Source: an uncultured Acidobacteriota bacterium | GTDB lineage: Bacteria > Acidobacteriota > Blastocatellia > RBC074 | Assembly: GCA_963796275.1 (NCBI GenBank) | Contig: CAWCKY010000003.1 | Location: 640,001-704,000, forward strand | Reading direction: 5' to 3' | DNA length: 64,000 nt | Shown: one piece after another, positions 56,839 through 64,000 of the stretch | Layout of the letters: every line of letters begins with the position of its first letter | Position numbering within the stretch: the stretch's first letter is position 1 | Position numbers and translations under genes: made by a program | The notes under the pieces: model-generated | Told to the model about the DNA's origin: nothing | Database searches by the model: none | Seen by the model: only the letters and a program-made list of their open reading frames with translations

Positions 56839-58152
56839 ATGGCAGGCGTGATGGCCACAAATCAAAAGATTAGATCGAGTGATTATCGTTACCCTGGAGA
56901 ACACCTCTCGCTCGTACTGACCTTCAGCATTCTTATAACTCTCTATATTCTTGCGGCTATCTTTTTCATCGGGACCTGGTTGTCGACTTTGAATACGTTG
57001 ATGTTAACGTTTGCCGGCCTCACTGTTTACATCGTCACAGTCAAGCTCCAACAACGTTCAGCATTCGGCACCCTGGTTCGAGTCGGCCCACGTCAGTTCC
57101 CCGAACTCTATGATTTAGCCTCGGTTGCTGCCGAACGTTTGTCGACTGGGCCGGTCCCCGTCTATGTCAAACGCTCTTCGGAGATGAACATCTATACTCT
57201 AGGTTTTCGAAAGAAGCATTTGATAGTGCTCACATCGTCATTGGTCGATCAGATGGAGCCCGACAACCTGCAATTCTTCATCGGACGCGAGATTGGTCAC
57301 ATACAGGGAGGTCATACGTGGCTCCGAACCTTTCTCAAACCGCTCGGTTCTGAAGTTCCGGTCATCGGAAGGCTGCTAAATAGCGTTATCTTCGGCGATT
57401 GGGTCAACCGCGCTGAATTGACCGCAGACCGGGCCGGCTTCATCGCGTGCCGGTCATTGACTACATCGGTGAGCACCATGCTCAAGTTCGGCATAGGCAT
57501 CAGGTTGTATGAGAAACTCGATATCAAGGAGTTTCTCGGACAGATCGACGAGGTCCGTAATTTTAGCGGGCATCTGACGGAGATTGTCGCCGAGCAGCCA
57601 TATCTGACTCAGCGAGTGCGTGCACTCGTTCGATTCGCCCTGTCCGACCGTTTCTACGCGCTGGTGCCCGATAAACGGGGTTACACGCAGATACTTGAAG
57701 CGATACCTGCAGCTTTCGTATCAACCGGGTTCGATCTGGCCGAGTTCAAGCCGGGGATTGAAAGAACGATTCATTCTAGAGGGAATGTCCTGACGGTCGC
57801 CGATGAGATTGTAACTGCTGTCGAAGAACCCGATGACCTCGATCCAAGTGAAAATGCGCTTGATCCTCGTATGACGCTGGTTGCGGCGGAGGGCGATTCG
57901 ACATACATTCTTCGACGGCATTTCACGCGCATCGGTCGCAACCACGATAATGACATCGTTCTCAACAGCGACCGGGTGAGCAGGTACCACGCCGAGATCA
58001 TGCGTGAGGGTGACGAGATGAAGGTCGTCGATAAGAAATCGCGCAACGGAGTCTGGCTCAATGGTAGAAGGGTCAATGAATCGGCCGTCATCAAGTCGGG
58101 CGATGTGATACGCATCGGGCGAGAAAACCTCACATACACGGAGAAAGATTGA
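56839..58152 (+). CDS. Membrane M48 (Ste24/HtpX-like) peptidase-family protein with C-terminal FHA domain; HExxH altered to RExxH
   Basis: Two N-terminal TM helices; QFPELY, FFIGREIGH and RAELTADRAG; FHA motifs IGRNHDNDIVL...VSRYHA...SRNG. Confidence 0.85.
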   Translation: MAGVMATNQKIRSSDYRYPGEHLSLVLTFSILITLYILAAIFFIGTWLSTLNTLMLTFAGLTVYIVTVKLQQRSAFGTLVRVGPRQFPELYDLASVAAERLSTGPVPVYVKRSSEMNIYTLGFRKKHLIVLTSSLVDQMEPDNLQFFIGREIGHIQGGHTWLRTFLKPLGSEVPVIGRLLNSVIFGDWVNRAELTADRAGFIACRSLTTSVSTMLKFGIGIRLYEKLDIKEFLGQIDEVRNFSGHLTEIVAEQPYLTQRVRALVRFALSDRFYALVPDKRGYTQILEAIPAAFVSTGFDLAEFKPGIERTIHSRGNVLTVADEIVTAVEEPDDLDPSENALDPRMTLVAAEGDSTYILRRHFTRIGRNHDNDIVLNSDRVSRYHAEIMREGDEMKVVDKKSRNGVWLNGRRVNESAVIKSGDVIRIGRENLTYTEKD

Positions 58153-58742
58153 AACTGGCACGATCGACTGATTTGGCAGAGAAAATCCGGGTCCTGGCTG
58201 AAGAATCTATTGAAGCCAAGCGGCTCTTTTTCCAAGAATCGGCAGCGGATGTCGCGTTCGCCGCTCAGATGATTATCGAAAAGATGCGCGCGGGCGGGAA
58301 ACTGCTGATATTCGGAAACGGGGGATCGGCCGCCGACGCACAGCACCTCGCAGCCGAGCTGGCGTTCAAGATGGGGCGGGAACGCGCGGCCCTTCCTGCA
58401 TTGGCCCTGACGACCGATACATCGCTCCTGACCGCGATCAGTAATGACCGTTCGTTCGATTTCGTATTCGCGCGGCAGATACAGGCCCTCGGACGCGAGG
58501 GTGATATCGTGCTTGCGATATCGACGAGCGGAAACTCGCCCAATGTTATCGAAGCCGTCAAAGAGGCGCGAGCTTTGGATATCGCGGTCATCGGGTTATT
58601 GGGCGCGGGGGGCGGGGAGGTCGCGAAACTGGTCGATCTCGCCCTGATCGTGCCCAACCGCGATACTCCGCGTATTCAAGAGGTTCATATCGCAATCGGC
58701 CATATCATTTGCCAGTTGATCGAGGATGAGCTTTGTAATTGA
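58149..58742 (+). CDS. gmhA: D-sedoheptulose 7-phosphate isomerase
   Basis: FGNGGSAADAQH, TAISND, FARQ, ISTSGNSPNV and TPRIQEVH motifs. Confidence 0.95.
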   Translation: MKLARSTDLAEKIRVLAEESIEAKRLFFQESAADVAFAAQMIIEKMRAGGKLLIFGNGGSAADAQHLAAELAFKMGRERAALPALALTTDTSLLTAISNDRSFDFVFARQIQALGREGDIVLAISTSGNSPNVIEAVKEARALDIAVIGLLGAGGGEVAKLVDLALIVPNRDTPRIQEVHIAIGHIICQLIEDELCN

Positions 58743-58821
58743 TAGTTGATAATTGATAGTTGATAGTTCGTATAAATTGTTGCCGTAGTCTATACGAACT
58801 ATCAACTATCAACTATCAACT
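58737..58821. repeat. Inverted heptamer repeat pair (GATAGTT)n / (AACTATC)n forming a long hairpin
   Basis: TTGATAGTTGATAGTTCGTATA, 16-nt loop, TATACGAACTATCAACTATCAA. Confidence 0.9.
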
Positions 58822-58831
58822 GTTTTTTTCT

Positions 58832-59794
58832 ATGTCAAATTATCGCCAAAAACCGATCGATCTTTCGCGCATCTCTACTTATCCTCTGGCTTCGCGCCCG
58901 AGTAAAGTTACGGTGCGCGATTTCGCGAGCGCTTTGAGTGATGAGCAAGCGCGGGGCGCCGCCGCATTACTCGATTCGATGCCGCATATTCTCACGGCGG
59001 ATTCAATCCGTGCGGTTGCATCTGAAATCGCACAGGCAAGAGCGAAAAATCGCGCAATCATTTGGGGCATCGGCGGGCACGTGATCAAGACCGGCCTTGC
59101 GCCGATATTGATCGACCTCATGCGGCGAGGGTTTATTACTGCGATAGCTATGAACGGTTCGGGCGTGATTCACGATTTTGAGATCGCGATTGCGGGTTGG
59201 ACTTCTGAAGATGTCGAAAGTGGGCTGGCTACCGGAGAGTTCGGAATGGCAGATGAGACGGGGCGACTGATAAACGAAGCGATCAAACGCGGTTTCAAAG
59301 ATGACTGTGGGATCGGCGAATCGGTAGGATGCGCACTGGCCGACCTTAATCCCCAGTACCGACAATTTTCGCTTCTCCACGAAGCTTATAAGGCGCGAAT
59401 CCCGATCACGGCGCACATCACTATCGGTGCGGATATCGTTCACATCCATCCGGAGGCTGACGGCGCCGCCATCGGTGCGGCGTCATATCGCGATTTTCTC
59501 TTATTCACCTCGCTCGTTAAAGAGCTCGATGGCGGCGGGATATATCTCAACGTGGGCTCGGCGGTGACGATGCCGGAAGTCTTTTTGAAAGCCGTGACCG
59601 TCGTGCGAAACCTGGGCCATTCGCTAAAAGATTTCACGACGGCCAATTTCGATTTCATTCAGCATTACCGGCCATCGGCCAACGTAGTGCGAAGACCAGT
59701 GGCCAATGGCGCGGGGCGCGGATATAGCATCACAGGGCATCACGAGATTATGATCCCGCTTTTGTCGGCGGCGGTAATTAATTGTGCGAATTAA
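58832..59794 (+). CDS. Conserved hypothetical protein, probably deoxyhypusine-synthase-like NAD-binding fold
   Basis: GGHVIKTG, MNGSGVIHDFEIA, IGADIVHIHP, NVGSAVTMPEVFLKA and GHHEIMIPLL motifs. The fold call is an inference. Confidence 0.6.
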   Translation: MSNYRQKPIDLSRISTYPLASRPSKVTVRDFASALSDEQARGAAALLDSMPHILTADSIRAVASEIAQARAKNRAIIWGIGGHVIKTGLAPILIDLMRRGFITAIAMNGSGVIHDFEIAIAGWTSEDVESGLATGEFGMADETGRLINEAIKRGFKDDCGIGESVGCALADLNPQYRQFSLLHEAYKARIPITAHITIGADIVHIHPEADGAAIGAASYRDFLLFTSLVKELDGGGIYLNVGSAVTMPEVFLKAVTVVRNLGHSLKDFTTANFDFIQHYRPSANVVRRPVANGAGRGYSITGHHEIMIPLLSAAVINCAN

Positions 59795-59841
59795 AGTCCA
59801 ACACTTTGATCTGTAAGTTTTTGTGGTTCTGCCGCTCAAAG

Positions 59842-61431
59842 TCAGCGAAATATCTCAACGGCTTCATCCGCAGGCAAATAAGCGCCCTGCAATCTAACCG
59901 GCACACCCAAGTCCTTGAACAACAGTTCACCTCTGCCCGTCAGGTTTTCGGCTCCGGCAAAATTGAGAAGCATCTTCGATTCCGTCGCTTTCTGCATCTT
60001 CATCGCTATGCGTGCCGGGATGTTGAAATCGACCACGCCGCGTATGATTTCACGGCTGGGTTGGCTCGTGGCCACTATCAAATGGATCCCCACGGTGAAC
60101 GCCTTCTGGCCAAGTTTAACGATCTGCCGCTCTATCGCCTGACGGTTTTTGCGGTCGGACGCAATCAAATCCGCATACTCGTCACAGATGCAGAATATCC
60201 TCGGGATCGGCTTCTTCTTTAGATGAATATATCCGGTCAGTGAGTCCTGCCCGGTTTCCGCCAACATTTTATAGCGCCGTTCCATCACATCGACGAGTTT
60301 GGAAAGCGCCTTGGCGACTGGCTGTTCATCCGGGTAGATAATCGGGGAGAGAAGAAATGGTGAGTTGCGCAGGTCTTCAAAGGCGCTTCGCTTCGGATCG
60401 ATAATCAGTAGACGCATCGTTGCCGGAGTGTTTGTCACGATCAGCCCGGCGATCGCGGCACGCAGCCATTCGGTTTTGCCGCTGCCGGCCATTCCAGCTA
60501 TGAGAATGTGAGCATCTTCGGGCTGCGCGAAGTCAATCAACCGTAATTGGCCCGCGCGGTCGATGCCGAGCGGCGCCTTTGAACTACCGACCAGATTATC
60601 GGATTTTGGCAGTTGTGTCCGAATCGTCGAGAAGAGCAGCTGTTCTGAACGCGCTACTCCGGCCAATCTGCCGATCAGGCTCTTGAGGTATGGTTCGGCC
60701 AGTGCCATTTCAACCGCCGAGATCAGGCGTTCCTGGCGCTGCGGGCCGAAGGATACGAGGGAAAGCCCGCCGGATGAGCGCTCACCTGCGGCAGTAAGCA
60801 ACCGATGATAAAGACAGGCATATACGAGGTCAGACGGAGGGGCAGATTGCCCCGATTGTCCTGATTGCCCCGATTGCGCAGACTGCGCCTTATCTCCCGA
60901 TTGCTCCGTTTTGAGTTCTACCACACACCATCGGTTTGTGCCGGGGATTTGCAGGATCGCATCGGTGCCTCCGGTCAAATGCACGTCATCACGCCAATCG
61001 GGTTGGCCGAGCTCCCAGACGAACGGATGCCCGGCTCGCAGAATTTCAGCGAGCGCCAATTCCTCGTCGCCGAGCTCTTGCTGCCAGAGAAGGTCAGCCA
61101 GCCAATAACACATCTCCTGCGTTGCATCCCAGAGGTTCAGGACGTGATCGGTGTCGTGTTGAAGGACGACTTGGTGACGGAGTAAGCGGGGGGCGAATAG
61201 TTTCTGATAGGTATGCCTGACGAGCGCTCGCCGCCATTCATCGATATCCGGTTCAGCGTCTACGATCGCCGCGCGAAAATTGAGCGATGGGTCAGGGCCA
61301 ACGAGGGCCGCGAAGACCTCGTGAAATAAACGGTCGAGAAGAATAACTGCAGGTATGCCATCGCCATTCAAGCCCACCGAAGCACGTAAGATCGCAGCAT
61401 GCACATCGCAAACCTGCAAAGCGGTTGCCAA
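59842..61431 (-). CDS. PD-(D/E)XK nuclease-like domain fused to an FtsK/SpoIIIE ATPase (no TM segments)
   Basis: GGTDAIL...VVELKT; Walker A AGMAGSGKT, IIDPK, MERRY, Walker B ICDEYAD, GIHLIVATSQP and GAENLTGRGELL. Start codon uncertain. Confidence 0.85.
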   Translation of the reverse strand: MATALQVCDVHAAILRASVGLNGDGIPAVILLDRLFHEVFAALVGPDPSLNFRAAIVDAEPDIDEWRRALVRHTYQKLFAPRLLRHQVVLQHDTDHVLNLWDATQEMCYWLADLLWQQELGDEELALAEILRAGHPFVWELGQPDWRDDVHLTGGTDAILQIPGTNRWCVVELKTEQSGDKAQSAQSGQSGQSGQSAPPSDLVYACLYHRLLTAAGERSSGGLSLVSFGPQRQERLISAVEMALAEPYLKSLIGRLAGVARSEQLLFSTIRTQLPKSDNLVGSSKAPLGIDRAGQLRLIDFAQPEDAHILIAGMAGSGKTEWLRAAIAGLIVTNTPATMRLLIIDPKRSAFEDLRNSPFLLSPIIYPDEQPVAKALSKLVDVMERRYKMLAETGQDSLTGYIHLKKKPIPRIFCICDEYADLIASDRKNRQAIERQIVKLGQKAFTVGIHLIVATSQPSREIIRGVVDFNIPARIAMKMQKATESKMLLNFAGAENLTGRGELLFKDLGVPVRLQGAYLPADEAVEIFR

Positions 61432-61451
61432 AAAAACACCTCCTCAGGAAA

Positions 61452-61527
61452 TAGTTTTCAGTTTTCAGTTTTCAGTTTTCAGTCGCCGATTGAGACTGCC
61501 CAACTGAAACCTAAAAACTAAAAACTA
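61452..61527. repeat. Inverted heptamer repeat pair (AGTTTTC)n / (ACTRAAA)n
   Basis: Same unit as at 19297-19380; overlaps the ATPase stop codon. Confidence 0.85.
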
Positions 61528-63540
61528 ATCACTTCTCTCATCGTCGACCACTAGCATTGTGGGCTGAAATATCACGGCCGGCGGTCCGTTGAGCAGGCCG
61601 AAACGTTCGGGATAACGGCGCGCACAGTCCTTTAGTTCATCTTCATTCCGGTCGAGTTTGCAGGCTGCATCAGCAACCGATACGAGATGATGGTTATGCA
61701 GCAACTCGCCGATGTCTTCGCAGAGATTAAAATCATCATTTGCCGTTTTATCCTGTGAGGTTATCGTCTCGGGCAACAGGTTGTCTAATAGTTCACGCAA
61801 TGGGGGAAATTTCATATTGAGATGCGCTGCGAGCCACTCTTGAACCATAGCGGGAGATACCGTTTCGCCGCCATTGGATAGATCGCCCGCTTTGGCGTCC
61901 GACCATATCCCCCTGAGGGTATCGAGCGCGGCAAGCATTGCCGCAGAAGCGCTGATCCATCGGAAACCCTGGGCCACCAGTTGCTCCCGATGCTCTCTCG
62001 TCTTCTTCGCATTTGTCGCAATGGGCAACCGGGCGTCGCGTATGAGAATGAAATTCTCGTGGGTCGTCTCCTCGAGCACCTCCTCTTTGACCTGCTCGCG
62101 TAAACGCCGCAGGCGGCCCGCAAGATTCGTCATATTTCGCTGGTTGCAGAGGCAGATGCTGATGCGACCGCGCGGGTTTTCGAAGACGAGATCGGCGTCT
62201 CCTATCCGGGCGGTTGCTTTGAGCTCCCAATCCTGGTTGAGCAGGCGCAACAGGAGCGGTAATCCGTGCGTCAGTATCTGATCGGTATATTCCACCGATG
62301 CGGCTGCCGCAGTGCGATCGAGACGCATATCGATTGCGCCCGCCAGAAAATCTTCGAGCGGTGGCTTGGATTTGAATAGTTCGGGGCGCATTGCGGCTTC
62401 GAATTTTTCTGCGCAGAACGATAGCATTTCACGCGGCGTGTACTTGTTGCGACGCAACGCTTCACGGATATCCGTGCGGCGCAAAGGCCAGAATCGGCCA
62501 GGTTTGGATCGTCGCAGTTGGCTGATTTCCGGGGTGGAATTGAGCCGCGCTTCTACCAGGCGCTCGGCCTGATCAGGCAGCAATGGTGCCAGCAGGCGGG
62601 AGCCGGATTCGACCAATCGGTCGCGATCCGAACTGATGAGCAACTGCTCCAGTTTCAAATAGAACTGCGTCAGGATGCATGAAATGATCAGGATATTTTG
62701 AGTGCTGTCGTGCAGATAGCTGGCCATTTGGCCGAATTTCAGCAGACCCTCGAGGTCATCGGGGTGGGACTGCAGCGCTTCCACCTGATCGAAACAGAAT
62801 ACGAGCGGCATCTCCGGGCCGGTTAACCGGGTCAGGCTCAGGACGACGCGCCGCGCCCGGTCTTCAACCTCATCATCCTGTTCAATATTCACCTCGAGCC
62901 GGCTGAGCGCGGCCTCCGGCAATGACTCGCCCCTCAACCACGCGCGCGCATCGCGGCGATGGCGGCCCAGGAGCAGATGGCTCAAAACCGTCATGAGGTC
63001 GCGGTCATTGATGAGTAACTGTTGATCGAGACGGTCGAGCGCCTCCTCAATCTCTTCAGCGGCGCCAGGCGATGTCTTGACGCGGCTCCGCAACCCTTCG
63101 AGCCACGCCCACGGTTCGCCGATTTCAGGATAGACATCGAGGATGCGCGGCAGCAGTATCCGCTCGAGCTGCGAACGCCCGTCGGTAGTGAGCCGCAGAA
63201 GATCTTCACCGAAGCGGTTGCGCAGATGACGCCAAATCATCTGCGGGCTGGTCTGCAACCTAACGGAGACGAAGACGGCCGGCGGGGCGGGGCCGTATGC
63301 CGTCAACAGACCAGCCAGATAAGCCTGTAATCTGGCCAGCAGATGTGTTTTGCCGCTGCCGGCTTCACCATAGAAAAGGACCGAAGTCGAAAGTTTTTTC
63401 GAACGCACGTGTTCCAGCGCGCGGCAGCAGAGATCGAACGCATCCTGGTGGATCTCGGCTACATCGACGACATCCCAATTCCAGGGATCAGCGACGATAG
63501 CGCTGCGGAAAGGATTCGTTATGGAGACGCCAGAATTCAT
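61525..63540 (-). CDS. P-loop (AAA/STAND-like) ATPase
   Basis: Walker A GEAGSGKT and Walker B VFCFDQVE; the start overlaps the upstream stop (ATGA). Confidence 0.85.
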   Translation of the reverse strand: MNSGVSITNPFRSAIVADPWNWDVVDVAEIHQDAFDLCCRALEHVRSKKLSTSVLFYGEAGSGKTHLLARLQAYLAGLLTAYGPAPPAVFVSVRLQTSPQMIWRHLRNRFGEDLLRLTTDGRSQLERILLPRILDVYPEIGEPWAWLEGLRSRVKTSPGAAEEIEEALDRLDQQLLINDRDLMTVLSHLLLGRHRRDARAWLRGESLPEAALSRLEVNIEQDDEVEDRARRVVLSLTRLTGPEMPLVFCFDQVEALQSHPDDLEGLLKFGQMASYLHDSTQNILIISCILTQFYLKLEQLLISSDRDRLVESGSRLLAPLLPDQAERLVEARLNSTPEISQLRRSKPGRFWPLRRTDIREALRRNKYTPREMLSFCAEKFEAAMRPELFKSKPPLEDFLAGAIDMRLDRTAAAASVEYTDQILTHGLPLLLRLLNQDWELKATARIGDADLVFENPRGRISICLCNQRNMTNLAGRLRRLREQVKEEVLEETTHENFILIRDARLPIATNAKKTREHREQLVAQGFRWISASAAMLAALDTLRGIWSDAKAGDLSNGGETVSPAMVQEWLAAHLNMKFPPLRELLDNLLPETITSQDKTANDDFNLCEDIGELLHNHHLVSVADAACKLDRNEDELKDCARRYPERFGLLNGPPAVIFQPTMLVVDDERSD

Positions 63541-64000
63541 CTTAACGCGATACCTATATAATAATTATTCCATTCATCGGCGACCAATTGCGCCCGCTCC
63601 TGATCGCCGAGGCGAAAGGGGAAATTGTGCCTCTGGAGAGAGACGCGATTTTCCTCGGCCAGTCTGAGCACGGTGCGGTCAAAACTGGCTTTGTCCCATC
63701 CCTCATTCTGCAAGGAACGCCATAGCTGATCGAGCGGAACCAGTTCTCCCTGGGCGGCGGCGAGTTTGATTCGCATTATCTGCGCCAGCAGCTTCTCGCT
63801 CATATCTTTTTGCGAGAGAGGTTTTTTTAATTGCGTGACAGGCAGCGTGCGCGCTGCATAAAGGACCTCATCGGCCGGGAGTCCGAGTTTCTTCCCGATC
63901 TTTTTGATGGCGTCCTGAACGTAATCGCACGGATCGGGAGGTTGTCTGCCGAATCGTGTAGTACGTCCGCCGAGGAATGGGGGTAAAACTTTGACGAGTT
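63537..64000 (-). CDS. Hypothetical, probably DNA-binding (winged-helix-like C-terminus), 5' truncated by the window edge
   Basis: The frame stays open beyond the listed ATG 63803 to the window end (...LPPFLGGRTTRFGRQPPDPCDYVQDAIKK...); C-terminal LVPLDQLWRSL...FDRTVLRLAEENRVSL. Confidence 0.7.
   Translation of the reverse strand, partial: LVKVLPPFLGGRTTRFGRQPPDPCDYVQDAIKKIGKKLGLPADEVLYAARTLPVTQLKKPLSQKDMSEKLLAQIMRIKLAAAQGELVPLDQLWRSLQNEGWDKASFDRTVLRLAEENRVSLQRHNFPFRLGDQERAQLVADEWNNYYIGIALR

Noticed and set aside
59842-61431. Cell-division FtsK
   Set aside because: No N-terminal TM domain or gamma domain, and it is fused to a nuclease-like domain.

Overview
Bacterial DNA of moderately high GC. 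The lineage is probably Acidobacteriota (inferred from an acidobacterial-type VWA gene, a Solibacter-type C-terminal domain and many secreted TPR-CHAT proteins). Layout: (1) 1-3.2 kb sugar oxidoreductase, epimerase and SDR genes with a 30-copy 7-bp repeat. (2) 3.8-8.8 kb ECF sigma, membrane anti-sigma candidate and secreted TPR-CHAT caspase-like protease. (3) 9.5-31 kb co-oriented minus-strand cellulolytic cluster: GH9-CBM3c-CBM2, frameshifted GH74, CBM2-repeats-CHRD-DUF1800 plus Tat DUF1501, GH9-PA14, an ankyrin protein, GH113-like and CBM3-FN3-FN3-GH48. Three of the enzymes share an unrecognised ~123-aa C-terminal domain. (4) 32-46.6 kb duplicated and partly decayed TPR-CHAT cassettes around a 1935-aa M36 protease. 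(5) 46.6-60 kb housekeeping and signalling genes, including panB, an archaeal-type phosphopantothenate synthetase and coaX in one block. (6) 59.8-64 kb wHTH-like, AAA ATPase and PD-(D/E)XK-FtsK genes forming a candidate defence operon. Intergenic regions carry many inverted 7- and 9-mer repeat pairs and REPIN/MITE-like palindromes. No rRNA, tRNA, CRISPR array or transposase was seen. All family calls come from motif recognition by eye; no searches were run.
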